From positions 410,930 through 474,929 of the forward strand of contig JAZJZE010000009.1 of the NCBI GenBank assembly GCA_040390065.1: a stretch of DNA of 64,000 nt. Direction: 5' to 3'. The notes below the pieces were generated by a model. The model was not told the DNA's origin, did no database searches, and saw only the letters and a list, made by a program, of their open reading frames with translations. A program made the translations under genes and the position numbers. Positions 30,985 through 41,643 of this stretch are shown here, one piece after another. The stretch is from a bacterium (GTDB taxonomy: Archaea > Thermoplasmatota > E2 > JACPAO01 > JAHFTW01). Position 1 is the first letter of the stretch; the number at the start of each line of letters is the position of its first letter.

Positions 30985-33174
30985 GTGCCCCTGGAGGACC
31001 TCGGCATCGATCGGCGCGTCGCCGCCGTCCTGTCGGGGCAAGGCATCACGGCACTCTACCCGCCCCAGGAGCAGGCCTGGCGCGCCATCCAGAAAGGCCG
31101 CAACACGCTCGTCGCGATTCCCACGGCCTCGGGAAAATCCCTCGTGGCCTATCTTGCCATCGCCCACCGCTGGCTGGCCACGGGCAAGAAGGCGCTCTAC
31201 ATCGTGCCGCTGCGCGCCTTGGCCTCGGAGAAGCACGAGGAACTGCAGGCGTTCGAGTCCATGGGCCTCACGGTGGGCATCGCGACCGGCGACCTGGATG
31301 AACGTGACCCGCGTTTGGGCCGCTTCGACGTCATCGTGTGCACGAGCGAAAAGGCCGACGCCCTGCTGCGCCACCGCACGCCTTGGGTGCAGGAGATCGG
31401 CTGCCTCGTCGTCGACGAACTGCATCTGCTGAACGACGCCGGGCGGGGCCCGACCTTGGAAGTCATCCTGGCCCGCTTCCGGGCCATCATCCCAAGTGCC
31501 CAGATTGTGGGCCTGTCCGCCACGGTGCAGAACTCGAAGGCCCTGGCGGCCTGGCTCGACGCCGAATTGGTGACGTCGGAGTGGCGCCCCGTCACGCTGC
31601 ACATCGGGACGTACGGCGGCGACCGCCTGGAATTTCTCGGCCAGAAACCGCGCACGTTGCCCGCTGGCGGTGACCCGGTGGCAAGCCTCGTCGAGGACAC
31701 AATCAAGTCCGGCGGCCAGTGCCTCGTCTTCGTCTCGACGCGCAAGTCGGCGGAGTCGCAGGCCCAGAAGCTCGCAGGCATCGTCCGTGCACTCCTCACT
31801 CCCGCGGATCTCGCGCGACTGGCCGATGCGGTTGGCGACCTCGACGACGCTGGCGAAGGAAGCCCCACGGCCAAGAAGCTGCGACTACTGGCCGCGGCGG
31901 GCGTCTGCTACCACACGGCGGGCCTCGATTCGGGCCAGCGCCGCTTCGTCGAAGGCGCATTCCGAAAAGGCCTGCTGAAAGTCCTGTGCGCTACGCCGAC
32001 ACTCGCCGCAGGCGTCAACACCCCGGCGCGCCGCGTCATCATCCGCGACCTCACGCGCTTCGAGATGGGTGAAGGCAGCCGCCCCCTGCCGGTGATGGAG
32101 GTCAAGCAGATGATGGGCCGCGCCGGCCGGCCGCGGTACGATCCCTTCGGCGAGGCAGTGCTTGTCGTCAAGTCCGAGGACCAACGCGACATGGTCGTCG
32201 ACGCCTACCTGCGCGGCGACCCGGAGCCCGTCACCTCCAAGCTCGGAGCCGAGAGCCCGCTGCGCACGCACGTCCTGGCCAGCATCGCGGGCGGCTACTG
32301 CGAATCCATCGCCGGATTGCAAGTGTTCTTCGGCGGCACGTTCTGGGCCAAGGAGACCGACGAATGGGTCGTGCAGGACAGGTTGGAGGACGTGGTCGGC
32401 TTCCTGCAGGACAACGACTTCATCCAGCCGCAAGGCCAACGCCTCGTCGCAACGCCCTTCGGCCGGCGCACGAGCGACCTGTACATCGACCCGTTCTCGG
32501 CCATGCGCATGCGCGAGGCGCTGGAGCACAAGGATGCCCAGCCCACGCCCTTCGGGTTGTTGCAGACGGTGGCGGGCTGCCCTGACCTCTTCCCACTGTA
32601 CCTCAAGCAGGGCGACGACTGGGTGCAGGAGCGCTTCTGGCGCCACCACGAGGAACTCCTCGTCGCGGCCGACGGGCGCGACCTGGAAGGCGCCATGAGT
32701 TTCGCCAAGACGGCGTTCCTGCTGCTGGACTGGATGGCCGAGATCCATCTGGATACACTGGAGGAGCGCTTCGGCATCGGGCCCGGCGACATCCGGATGC
32801 GCTTGGACAACGGCTCCTGGCTGCTGCACGCGTTCCGCGAACTGGCACGCTCGCTGCGGCCCGATTGGGCGCCGGCCATCACGGAACTGGGACTTCGCCT
32901 GGAGCACGGTATCAAGGAGGAACTGCTGCCGATGATCCGCCTGCGCGGCGTCGGCCGCATCCGGGCCCGTACGCTGTTTGCCGCCGGCTTCCGCACCCCC
33001 CAATCCCTCGCTGGCGCACCGGTCGAGCGCATCGCCGCCTTACCCGGCTTCGGCGTGAAACTCGCCACCGACATCCTGAAGCAGGTCGGCGACAAGCCTG
33101 GACCGATTCCGGAACCGCCCGCGCCCACCCCCGTCGACGCCGTCGGCCAGAGTTCCCTGAAGAGGTTCGAGTGA
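30985..33174 (+). CDS. hel308: Ski2-like DNA helicase Hel308/Hjm
   Basis: PTASGKS, DELH, SAT, TPTLAAGVNTP, QMMGRAGR; C-terminal HhH region. Confidence 0.94.
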   Translation: MPLEDLGIDRRVAAVLSGQGITALYPPQEQAWRAIQKGRNTLVAIPTASGKSLVAYLAIAHRWLATGKKALYIVPLRALASEKHEELQAFESMGLTVGIATGDLDERDPRLGRFDVIVCTSEKADALLRHRTPWVQEIGCLVVDELHLLNDAGRGPTLEVILARFRAIIPSAQIVGLSATVQNSKALAAWLDAELVTSEWRPVTLHIGTYGGDRLEFLGQKPRTLPAGGDPVASLVEDTIKSGGQCLVFVSTRKSAESQAQKLAGIVRALLTPADLARLADAVGDLDDAGEGSPTAKKLRLLAAAGVCYHTAGLDSGQRRFVEGAFRKGLLKVLCATPTLAAGVNTPARRVIIRDLTRFEMGEGSRPLPVMEVKQMMGRAGRPRYDPFGEAVLVVKSEDQRDMVVDAYLRGDPEPVTSKLGAESPLRTHVLASIAGGYCESIAGLQVFFGGTFWAKETDEWVVQDRLEDVVGFLQDNDFIQPQGQRLVATPFGRRTSDLYIDPFSAMRMREALEHKDAQPTPFGLLQTVAGCPDLFPLYLKQGDDWVQERFWRHHEELLVAADGRDLEGAMSFAKTAFLLLDWMAEIHLDTLEERFGIGPGDIRMRLDNGSWLLHAFRELARSLRPDWAPAITELGLRLEHGIKEELLPMIRLRGVGRIRARTLFAAGFRTPQSLAGAPVERIAALPGFGVKLATDILKQVGDKPGPIPEPPAPTPVDAVGQSSLKRFE

Positions 33175-33695
33175 TGCACGACTACCCGGACGAGCAAGTC
33201 GCATTCGCTGCCCTACGCGGCCCCATCCGCCTCGAGGACGCGCTGTTCACGGCGCGCAAGTCCAACCGCATCGCACCACTGCAAGTCGTCCGGCATGACC
33301 GCGTCTTGGGCGCAGCCCACATCCGTAGCGCCGCCTTGCACGCCAACCGCGCGCAAGCCGAGGGGCGAATGCACGCCAAGTCCCTCGAGGTCGAGTTCGT
33401 GCGCTACTTGGCCGGTGAGCGGCAGATCTCGGATGCGCTTGCGAAGATGGGCTTGCCCGACTCGAAGGAAGGAAGCGACGGGGCCGTCGTCGTCGCCCTC
33501 GGCCCCAAGCGCATGGACGCCTTGCAACACTTCGTGCACACCCTTGGCCTCGTCGAGGACGACGGACTTGCGGCCGCGACGCCCACGAAGTTGTCGGCGT
33601 TCGGCGTCACGAAGGAGATGCTCGACGCGACGACGCCTGGAAAGGCCAACGATGTCGTCCTCGAGATGGTCGCCGCCGTGGACCTCATGCGCTAG
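33174..33695 (+). CDS. cgi121: KEOPS complex subunit Cgi121
   Basis: HIRSAALHA...LEVEFVRYLAGERQISDAL; coupled to hel308 by a TGATG overlap. Confidence 0.88.
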   Translation: MHDYPDEQVAFAALRGPIRLEDALFTARKSNRIAPLQVVRHDRVLGAAHIRSAALHANRAQAEGRMHAKSLEVEFVRYLAGERQISDALAKMGLPDSKEGSDGAVVVALGPKRMDALQHFVHTLGLVEDDGLAAATPTKLSAFGVTKEMLDATTPGKANDVVLEMVAAVDLMR

Positions 33696-33711
33696 TTCAC
33701 GCCACGAGGTG

Positions 33712-35130
33712 CTACCGGCCATCCCACATGGCGACGACGCCCGCGTTGGCGTTGCTCTGGCTTGACGTGCCACCCGCCGCGGCGCAGGCTTCGACGCACG
33801 TGTCGACGAATGCGCCCCATGCCCTCATCTCTGGGTCGAAGGCCACGGAGATGAAGTCGAGGACGTTCTGGCAGCGCCCGGGACCGCATGGCCCGCGGAC
33901 GAGCGGGTCGCCGACGGGGCCGACGCGTGCCGTCCTGAACACGACGGGGTCCTGCGTGAAGTCCCCGATCGCCAGGTAGCCGTCCCAGACGGCCGACGCG
34001 TTGCCGAAGCCGCCCCCCGATTCGGTGCCGTAGTAGGCAACCGCGACGAGGCCCGGCGTCCCTGCAGCCATGGCCGGCAGGTTCCCCGCCGTGAGGTTGG
34101 CGGGAAGGATGCCGACGGGCGTCGACCAGGTCTTGCCGTGGTCGGTGCTGCGCGAGACGACGATGCCGCTTGCGTCGTCCATGAACGTCGCGTACAAGGA
34201 GTCGGCTTGATCGACGGCGATGGCCGGATCGATGGCCTCGGCCGCCGTCTTGGCGCCCCCGATGGAGCTGACCGTCCACGTCGTGCCATCGTCGATGGTC
34301 GCGCCGATCTGCACGACACCGCACTCGTTCTTCGGCAGGTACACGGTGCCGTCGCGGCCGGCCGCCAGGTGGCCGACCAAGCCGCTGCAGTCGTCCGGGA
34401 CGGGAAACGGCGCTGCGATGCCGGCGAAGGTGAGGCCGCCATCCGTGCTTTGGTTGCAGGCGACGGAGACGACCGTGCTCTCGCACAGGTACACGTAGTT
34501 CGGATAGAGCCCAGCTGGAAGCGTGAGTGGCGGCGACGCGACGAGGCTCGGGTGGTCCGTGAGCGGCGTCGGGCACGCGGGCACTGGCGGGTTCCACGAT
34601 TTCGCGCCATCCGTGCTGGTGGACAGGAGGTTGCAGCTGACACCCTGCTGGTCCAGCACGAAGAGCCGCCCAGTCAGCGGATCCTGGTAGAAGAAAGGGT
34701 CCGACGTGCTGGGCTGCGGCGAGGTGGAACGATCGGGCAAGCTGGGCGACACGTCGAGCCAGGTCTTGCCGCCGTCGTCGCTGCGCAGCAGGCCGGTGCG
34801 GATATCGCCAAACGCCTGGCCGGGCACGCTGGAGACCTCGAGCGACGTCACGTACACGCTGCCCCCGGACGTCACGGCCAGGGACGGTTCACCCGCGGCG
34901 TGACCGGTCGCAAAGAGCTGACCCTGACCGATTTGCGGCGCCGCGACGTTGACGCGCGGCGGCGCGGGCGGGGCGGGCGCGGACGTCGACGAGGACGAAT
35001 CGGACGATGACGTCTTGCCATGCCCCGCACAGCCGGCGAGCACGACGGCGACGACCATGACCGCGGAAAGTCCCCGAAGGCCCGGCACGGATGGTGCCAG
35101 GTGGAGGATGACGATTGAAGGTTTCGCCAT
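33712..35130 (-). CDS. Asp-box (sialidase-like) lipoprotein
   Basis: VLAGC lipobox; SDDGGKTW, STDGAKSW, STDGGLTF, STDHGKTW. Start is uncertain. Confidence 0.82.
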   Translation of the reverse strand: MAKPSIVILHLAPSVPGLRGLSAVMVVAVVLAGCAGHGKTSSSDSSSSTSAPAPPAPPRVNVAAPQIGQGQLFATGHAAGEPSLAVTSGGSVYVTSLEVSSVPGQAFGDIRTGLLRSDDGGKTWLDVSPSLPDRSTSPQPSTSDPFFYQDPLTGRLFVLDQQGVSCNLLSTSTDGAKSWNPPVPACPTPLTDHPSLVASPPLTLPAGLYPNYVYLCESTVVSVACNQSTDGGLTFAGIAAPFPVPDDCSGLVGHLAAGRDGTVYLPKNECGVVQIGATIDDGTTWTVSSIGGAKTAAEAIDPAIAVDQADSLYATFMDDASGIVVSRSTDHGKTWSTPVGILPANLTAGNLPAMAAGTPGLVAVAYYGTESGGGFGNASAVWDGYLAIGDFTQDPVVFRTARVGPVGDPLVRGPCGPGRCQNVLDFISVAFDPEMRAWGAFVDTCVEACAAAGGTSSQSNANAGVVAMWDGR

Positions 35131-35253
35131 GGCACCCCCTCGCGCACGGCAATGGCCGACATGGGTCGCCTCTCGGGCCCGACGTAGCCAACGCGTTTTC
35201 AATGCCCCATCCCATCGAGCCGGATTGGCCGCAGGGTGGCCGCTGGTGGTTGT

Positions 35254-36762
35254 GTGAAGCTGCAAACGATTGTTGGAACATGCGTGATCTTAGCTGCATT
35301 CGTGCCGGCCGTGCCTGCCGCGTCGGCGGCTCCTTGGGCCCAGCTCAGCGAGGGCTGCCAGGCAGGAGTCAATGGCACGGGCGGGCCCGTCATCCTTGGG
35401 CCGGCGACCGTCGACGGATCGGACCAAAAGGTCTGCATCGACCCGGACGACCCGGGGGCCTGCGTCGACGGCACTGCCAGTGTCCTAGCCGCCGTTCCCG
35501 GCGCCGATGCATCCCTCACGTACGCCGGAGCCTGCCACGGCGACGGGGCCGCCTGCGACGACATGATCGTGGTGGGACATGCCGACGTCGCGAGCGTCCC
35601 AGCCACAGGCTACGTCCACGACTTCCTCGAGTACAAGCAGTGCGGCCACGCCCCCGGCGTCGGCACCCAATGCGCCCCGATGGTGCATTTCGACACGCCG
35701 GTCGGGACCATCGACGACTCTGCCCTCGTCTACGGGTGTTCGACGCCGGCCTGCGCGGGGCAGCTCCTTGCCTACTTCACGTACGTCGTCCTGTGCTGGC
35801 CGAACGGCTTCGGGTACTGCCCCGAAGGCCTTGGTATCGTGACTCCGGTCGGGCCGTTTTGCGCCGACGTCGACTTCTGTCCCGCGCCGACGCAAGGCGT
35901 CGTCGTCATGGGCACGCCCGTCTGCGAGACGGCCCCCGTGGCGTGCGCCTTGCCGGCCATCGGCATCGAACCGGATTGCCACGCGCCATGCACCGCTCCT
36001 GACGTGGGATACGAACCGGCCTGCGTGACGCCGCCGGTGCCATGCACGCTCCCCGAAATCGGCGTCGAGCCTGACTGCCTCGTGCCGTGCACGCCGCCCG
36101 ATGTCGGCGTCGAGCCTGACTGCACGACGCCACCCACGCCATGCACACCGCCGCAAGTCGGACTTGAGCCCGACTGCACGGTGCCCTGCACGCCGCCGGA
36201 TGTCGGCGTGGAGCCTGACTGCACGACGCCCCCGACTCCTTGCACACCGCCGCAAGTCGGACTCGAGCCCGACTGCCAGACTCCCTGCACACCCCCCGAT
36301 GTCGGCTTCGAGCCCGACTGCTCGGGGCCGCCGACGCCCTGCACGTTCCCGGAGATTGGCATTGAGCCGGATTGCATGGTGCCTTGTGCGGCGCCGGACG
36401 TCGGCTACGAGCCGAATTGTGTGACGCCGCCGGTTCCGTGCACGCCGCCTGCCGTCGGCCTCGAACCTGACTGCCTGGTTCCGTGCACGCCGCCGGACGT
36501 TGGCTTCCAGCCGGACTGCCAGCCAGCGGACGACGATGCGGACGATGACGGCGTCTCCGATGCTGTGGACAATTGTCCGGGCGTCCCGAACGGTGACCAA
36601 GCCGACCAAGACGGCGACGGCGTCGGCGATGCCTGCGACCCTGACGATGACGGCGACGGCATCCCGGACGACTTGGAGCCTACGCTATGCGCCAACGAGA
36701 ACCCCCTGACGCCCCTTGACGGGACGTGTGTCGGCGACGACTATACGCCGCCGCACCCGTGA
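35254..36762 (+). CDS. Secreted Cys/Pro-rich repeat protein with TSP type-3 repeat
   Basis: Signal peptide, 12 PCTPPxVGxEPDC units, then [15 protein letters not shown]...[10 protein letters not shown]. Confidence 0.82.
   Translation: MKLQTIVGTCVILAAFVPAVPAASAAPWAQLSEGCQAGVNGTGGPVILGPATVDGSDQKVCIDPDDPGACVDGTASVLAAVPGADASLTYAGACHGDGAACDDMIVVGHADVASVPATGYVHDFLEYKQCGHAPGVGTQCAPMVHFDTPVGTIDDSALVYGCSTPACAGQLLAYFTYVVLCWPNGFGYCPEGLGIVTPVGPFCADVDFCPAPTQGVVVMGTPVCETAPVACALPAIGIEPDCHAPCTAPDVGYEPACVTPPVPCTLPEIGVEPDCLVPCTPPDVGVEPDCTTPPTPCTPPQVGLEPDCTVPCTPPDVGVEPDCTTPPTPCTPPQVGLEPDCQTPCTPPDVGFEPDCSGPPTPCTFPEIGIEPDCMVPCAAPDVGYEPNCVTPPVPCTPPAVGLEPDCLVPCTPPDVGFQPDCQPADDDADDDGVSDAVDNCPGVPNGDQADQDGDGVGDACDPDDDGDGIPDDLEPTLCANENPLTPLDGTCVGDDYTPPHP
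35941..36519 (+). repeat. Coding tandem repeat, 12 units alternating 15 and 18 aa (99-bp higher-order period)
   Basis: Direct reading of the translation. Confidence 0.9.
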
Positions 36763-36913
36763 GGTGGTCCGGACACATGCAGACGGGCAACGACAGGCGC
36801 GCAACGGACCCACAGCCCTCGGCCGCAGGCCGTGGACAGGGCCGAAGCCGTCAGGCCGACAGGTCCGAAGGCGGGAGCCTCGCTTTCGACTGAGCCGAGC
36901 GAAGGAGAAAGAG

Positions 36914-36987
36914 CGGGCCCAGAGGGATTTGAACCCTCGTCGCAGGCTCCGCAAGCCTAAAGGATATCCAAGCTACCCCATGGGCCC
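36914..36987 (-). tRNA. tRNA-Arg(GCG)
   Basis: GGGCCCA/TGGGCCC acceptor stem, anticodon loop TT-GCG-GA, T-arm GAGGG-TTCAAAT-CCCTC; no encoded CCA. Confidence 0.95.
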
Positions 36988-37047
36988 GTATTGCGGATGA
37001 TGCGGCGACTTAGGGTTTCTACTTAAGCGTGTCCGAAGGGCAGTCGC

Positions 37048-37197
37048 CTAGCGCGGGTGGCTTGGATCGAGTGGCGCGGCCAGTTGCTCGACGTGGCCGC
37101 AGACCCGGCACTTGCACGAGCCTGGGCCCGTGATGTCGTGCCGGCGGACCTCTTGGCAGCGTGGGCACCATGCGTCGAGTGCCTCCTCCCCGGCCAT
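37048..37197 (-). CDS. Zinc-ribbon microprotein (49 aa)
   Basis: Not in the ORF track: MAGEEALDAWCPRCQEVRRHDITGPGSCKCRVCGHVEQLAAPLDPSHPR; CTTAAG box about 27 nt upstream. Confidence 0.65.
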   Translation of the reverse strand: MAGEEALDAWCPRCQEVRRHDITGPGSCKCRVCGHVEQLAAPLDPSHPR

Positions 37198-37284
37198 ACC
37201 ATTGTTTGGTCTGGTCGCGGCTTAAGGCTTCGTGTGGTGCGGCGGCGCCGCCGCCATTATGATGCCGCCCCCGCTCGCCGCGGC

Positions 37285-38340
37285 GTGGCCCTCCGGACCG
37301 CCTTGTACGACACGCACGCCGCAGCCGGCGCCACCTTCGTGGAGTTCGCGGGCTACGACATGCCCGTGCATTACGGCTCCATCAAGGAGGAGCACTTCGC
37401 GGTGCGGCAGGGCGTCGGGTTGTTCGACGTCAGCCACATGTCGAACCTATGGGTGACGGGGCCGGCGGCTGCCGCGGCGCTCGCCAAGGTGACGCCGTCG
37501 GATCCGGCAGGCGGGCCGGTTGGCAAGGGCAAGTACACCGTTTTCCTCAATCCGGACGGCACCATCCTCGATGACACGTTCTGGTTCAAGATGGATGCGG
37601 AGCGTTTCTTCGTCATCCCGAATGCCGGCCGCAACGTCGCCGCGTGCGACTTGCTGCGCGCGCACGGCAAGGCGACCGTCCACGATGTGACGCGCGACTG
37701 GTCCATCCTCGCCCTGCAAGGCCCCAAGGCCAAGGAAGTCCTGGCGGCGGCATCCGCGTCCGCCCCGCCCAAGTTCCACCACATCACCGAGATGGAGGTC
37801 GGCGGCGCCGGCTGCCTCGTCTCCGGGACGGGCTACACGGGCGAGAAGGGCGTCGAACTCTACGTCCCCGTCAAGGAGTCCAAGCGTGTCTGGGACCATC
37901 TCATGGCCGCGGGCAAGGCGCACGGCATCCGGCCAATCGGGCTTGGTGCCCGCGATACCCTGCGGTTGGAGAAGGGCTACTGCCTCGCCGGCAACGAGTT
38001 CGCGGGCGGACGCACACCCATCGAGGCGGGGCTCGAGTGGACGATGGACTGGAACGGCGACTTCCTCGCAAAGGCCCGTCTCCTTGCGCAGAAACAGTCC
38101 GGCGACTACGCTCGGCTCGTGGGCCTGCGGCAGGAGAAGGGCATCCCGCGCCACGGCTACAAGGTGCAACGCGGCGACGGCGCGACCATCGGCGAGGTCA
38201 CGTCCGGGACGCTGAGCCCGACGCTGAACGTGGGCATCGCCCTCGGCTACGTCAAGGGGGCCGGCCTGGGCGACGAGGTCGCCGTGGACGTCCGCGGCAA
38301 GCCCCAATCCGCGACGATCGTGAAGACGCCGTTTGTCTGA
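37285..38340 (+). CDS. gcvT: Glycine cleavage system aminomethyltransferase T
   Basis: FAGYDMPVHY, GLFDVSHM, GYTGEKGVE, GLGARDTLRLE. Confidence 0.96.
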   Translation: MALRTALYDTHAAAGATFVEFAGYDMPVHYGSIKEEHFAVRQGVGLFDVSHMSNLWVTGPAAAAALAKVTPSDPAGGPVGKGKYTVFLNPDGTILDDTFWFKMDAERFFVIPNAGRNVAACDLLRAHGKATVHDVTRDWSILALQGPKAKEVLAAASASAPPKFHHITEMEVGGAGCLVSGTGYTGEKGVELYVPVKESKRVWDHLMAAGKAHGIRPIGLGARDTLRLEKGYCLAGNEFAGGRTPIEAGLEWTMDWNGDFLAKARLLAQKQSGDYARLVGLRQEKGIPRHGYKVQRGDGATIGEVTSGTLSPTLNVGIALGYVKGAGLGDEVAVDVRGKPQSATIVKTPFV

Positions 38341-38348
38341 GGATCGCG

Positions 38349-39089
38349 TCACGGGCGACGTGGGGGAGCCGGTGGACGAGGCGGGGCGCGGACGCCCGCA
38401 GCCGTCGTCGCATCTCCCTGCAGCCGTCCATCGGCCATCGTGTAGGAACGGTCCGCCTGCTGGGCCATGGCCGTATCGTGGGTCACGGCGATGACGGTCA
38501 TGTCCTCGCTGCGGGCGAGGCGCTTCATCAGGTCGATGATGCGTTTGCCGGTCTCGCTGTCGAGGTTGCCCGTGGGTTCGTCGGCAAGGATCAGTTTCGG
38601 TTTGTTGGCCAAGGCACGCGCGATGGCGACGCGTTGCTGCTCGCCGCCCGACAGCTTCCCGGGGCGCTTGTCGTGCTTGTCCGCATCGAGGCCGACGAGG
38701 TCGAGCATGATCTTCGCGCGCTTGACGCGGCGGCCTGGGGCAAGACCCGCGAACTCCATGGGCAGCATGACGTTCTGGATGGCCGTCATGTTGGGGACAA
38801 GGTTGTAGGCCTGGAAGACGAACCCCACCTTCTCGCAGCGTACCTTGCGCAAACCGCCTGCCCCGAGCTTCGTGATGTCCACGCCGTCAATCGTGACCGT
38901 ACCCGATGTCGGGCTGTCCAGCGCGCCGAGCAGAGACAGGAGCGTGCTCTTGCCCGAGCCGGACTTGCCGACAATGGCGACGAAGGACTTCTCGGGAATC
39001 TCCAGGCTGATACCGGCGACGGCGTCCACGGGTCCCGCTGGGGTCTCGAAGCGCTTGCGCACGTCGCGGACGGAGATCACGTCACTCAC
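38349..39089 (-). CDS. ABC transporter ATP-binding protein (LolD/MacB-like)
   Basis: [33 protein letters not shown]. Confidence 0.95.
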   Translation of the reverse strand: MSDVISVRDVRKRFETPAGPVDAVAGISLEIPEKSFVAIVGKSGSGKSTLLSLLGALDSPTSGTVTIDGVDITKLGAGGLRKVRCEKVGFVFQAYNLVPNMTAIQNVMLPMEFAGLAPGRRVKRAKIMLDLVGLDADKHDKRPGKLSGGEQQRVAIARALANKPKLILADEPTGNLDSETGKRIIDLMKRLARSEDMTVIAVTHDTAMAQQADRSYTMADGRLQGDATTAAGVRAPPRPPAPPRRP

Positions 39090-40497
39090 CTCGCAGGACT
39101 TCGGACGGACGGATGCGTGAGATTGCCCATGAAGGGATGGCGCTGCCGAGGACGGCGATGCCGACCACGACGGCCAGGCCGACGAGCAACAGGACCGGGT
39201 CGATATGCGTCTGCACTGTCGGGGCCGGAAGTTGCACGGCGGGGCCGCCCGCGAAGCCGCCGAATCGGCCACCCGGACCGCCTGCCATGACCGGGCTGGG
39301 CGTCGCCTGGGCGTTGGCCTTCACGAGGATGTTGGCGACGCCGTTGCCGCTCAGCAGCCCGACGACGCCACCGACGAGGGCGGCCAGAATGGCGAATGTC
39401 AGGGCTTCTGCGACGAACTGGCTTACCACACGCGCACCCGAGGCACCGATGGCCTTGAGGACGCCAATCTCGCGGCGGCGTTCGCGCACGATCATGAACA
39501 TCGTCAGAAGGATGATGACGCCGCTTGCCGCTACGGCGCCGACCATGCTCGACGCGGCGATGCCGCTGATGGTGGAGAGCGAAGCCTCCTGCGCCTGGTC
39601 AGCGGTCTGGATGGCCTGCGTCACGGCCTGCGCGCTGTCGGCTTGGCTGGTCACGTCGATGTCGCTGCCCACGACGACGCGAACGGCCGCGAGCGTGGCG
39701 TTCAGGTTCTGCGGCGAGTCCACGACGGCGACCGCCTGGGACACGACGCCGACGTTGTTGGTGAGCGCCTGAAGGGTTCCGAGACCCGTGACGGCGCCCC
39801 GGTTGTTGAACTGGGTGCCCGTGTCGAAGATGCCGGTCACCGTGAGGCTCACGCCGTACAAACTGACGGACGAGCCGGGCACAAGGTTGTTGGACTTGGC
39901 AAGCACGCAGCCGAGCAGGATCGAGGAGGAATCCGTCTTGGGGTTGAACGCGCTGCCTTGCGTGATGGCGACCGTGCCGCCGCCGCTGCCGGCGATGACG
40001 TTGAGGTCATCCGCGCCGAGGACGGAGACGCCGGGAGCAAAACCGCGGCCGCCGTCGCCGCCGGTTTGGGGCGGTGGCACGTCGCACGGGCCAAGCGAGG
40101 CCTGAGCCCGGCCGCCAAACCCGCCGGAAACGGGGACGAGGCTGGTGTTGGTCGCCGGGACCTGGCGGATGAGGAGTTGCGCGAGTTCGGTCACGTGGGG
40201 AACGAATGCCGCATCCGTGATGTTCGCCTGCAGCATCGTTGCTTGACCGCCAAAGCCGCCAAAGGCACCGCCTCCGCTTGCCGGGCGCAGTTGCAACGAA
40301 TTGGCAAACGCCCCATTGACGTTGGCGATGCGCGCGTCCGCGGCCGACCGCGCGTCCCCGATGCTGTGGTCGACGGCGGCACGCGACATGGCCATGGTGA
40401 GCGCCAGGCCTAGGCTCAGGCCGAGGATCATCGTGACCGCGAGTGCACGGCCGGGGTTGCGCAGCGCGTTCTTGGCGCCGCGGGCGATGGCGCTCAT
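39082..40497 (-). CDS. ABC transporter permease (FtsX/MacB-like)
   Basis: N-terminal TM, large extracellular domain, VRERRREIGVLKAIGAS, C-terminal RPSEVLRGE. Confidence 0.92.
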   Translation of the reverse strand: MSAIARGAKNALRNPGRALAVTMILGLSLGLALTMAMSRAAVDHSIGDARSAADARIANVNGAFANSLQLRPASGGGAFGGFGGQATMLQANITDAAFVPHVTELAQLLIRQVPATNTSLVPVSGGFGGRAQASLGPCDVPPPQTGGDGGRGFAPGVSVLGADDLNVIAGSGGGTVAITQGSAFNPKTDSSSILLGCVLAKSNNLVPGSSVSLYGVSLTVTGIFDTGTQFNNRGAVTGLGTLQALTNNVGVVSQAVAVVDSPQNLNATLAAVRVVVGSDIDVTSQADSAQAVTQAIQTADQAQEASLSTISGIAASSMVGAVAASGVIILLTMFMIVRERRREIGVLKAIGASGARVVSQFVAEALTFAILAALVGGVVGLLSGNGVANILVKANAQATPSPVMAGGPGGRFGGFAGGPAVQLPAPTVQTHIDPVLLLVGLAVVVGIAVLGSAIPSWAISRIRPSEVLRGE

Positions 40498-40604
40498 GGC
40501 ATGCCTCGGGGATTTCGCATGAGGCTGCCAGAGCCGCGCCGGGAGGAGCCTTCCGAACAATTCCTCCAGCACCGGTAAATACACCGCCTCCTGCATGGCC
40601 CGGC

Positions 40605-41297
40605 GTGGACTTGGACGCCTTTCTGCGCGCCCTGCCGGGCGCCTCCGTGCAACTTGCCTCCGCCGTCGTGGCGGGCTACGGCGCCGTCCGATGCCTTCGA
40701 CTGCAACGTTTTGCCAAGGACCGCCGCCTCACCGCCTTGGCGTGGTTCTTTGCGCTCTTTGCCGGCGCCGTGTTCCTGCAGGCCGCGTGGCAGATGCAAT
40801 TGGGAACACCCCCGACGGATTTCGGGCCAAGCCGGCATGACCCCGCCTTCAACGTGACCGACCGCGAGCATTTCGGACCCGGACTCTTTCGGCCCGAAGG
40901 CCCGGAGAACGTCAACATCCTCGTGGTCGGAGCGCATGCCCTGATGCTTGCCAGCCTCGTGGTGGGAGTCTGGGCCTTCGGGCATCGTCGGCCGCCTGCC
41001 GCGCTCACGATGGCCGCGTTCATTCCCTTCGCTGCCGTGGGCGAGTGGCTTCCCGCCATGCTCGCACTCGAAGCGGGCCTGGCACTCTACCTCGCCGCAC
41101 GCGCCTTCGTCAACCACGTCGAACGCCGCAGCGCCGGCGCCGTCCAGGTCGCGATTGGCTTCTTCCTGTTCTTTGCTGGCCACTTGCTGTTTACCCTGCT
41201 GCACCAGCCCGGCATGGGCCGGACCGGGATGGGCGACGTGCTCGGCCTTGTCGGCATCGTGCTCCTCGTGCAAGTCCTGCCGGGGCCCAGGGAATGA
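40605..41297 (+). CDS. Multi-pass membrane protein (putative sensor)
   Basis: About 6-7 hydrophobic helices; ATGA overlap with the downstream wHTH gene. Confidence 0.78.
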   Translation: MDLDAFLRALPGASVQLASAVVAGYGAVRCLRLQRFAKDRRLTALAWFFALFAGAVFLQAAWQMQLGTPPTDFGPSRHDPAFNVTDREHFGPGLFRPEGPENVNILVVGAHALMLASLVVGVWAFGHRRPPAALTMAAFIPFAAVGEWLPAMLALEAGLALYLAARAFVNHVERRSAGAVQVAIGFFLFFAGHLLFTLLHQPGMGRTGMGDVLGLVGIVLLVQVLPGPRE

Positions 41298-41572
41298 CGA
41301 AGCCGTACAGGTCGCGCGGTCGCGTCGTCGCCGAGATCCTGGCGACAATCCAGGGCGAGGGCCCCGTCGGGGTGACGCGCCTTACAACGGTCGTGAACCT
41401 CACGCACGCGCGGGTCCAGGAGCATCTGGCCGACTTCGAAGCGCACGGCCTGATTGAGAGCCAAGCCGATGGCGAACGAATCACATGGACCATGACGGCG
41501 CGCGGCAACCAGGCGCTCGAGGAACTGCGCCGCATCGACCGCGCCATGCAGGACTTCGGGATCAACCTCTAG
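41294..41572 (+). CDS. Archaeal winged-helix transcriptional regulator
   Basis: YRSRGRVVAEIL...TRLTTVVNL...HL...GLI...T.RG pattern of small archaeal wHTH proteins. Confidence 0.87.
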   Translation: MTKPYRSRGRVVAEILATIQGEGPVGVTRLTTVVNLTHARVQEHLADFEAHGLIESQADGERITWTMTARGNQALEELRRIDRAMQDFGINL

Positions 41573-41643
41573 ACGGTTGTCCTAGACGAGTTGTTCGGAG
41601 GCGACATGGCCGACGGCCGCCGTGGCGGTGTTGAGTGATCCTC

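Noticed and set aside
30985-33695. hel308-cgi121 coupling as a novel link
   Set aside because: This gene pair is already known in euryarchaea.
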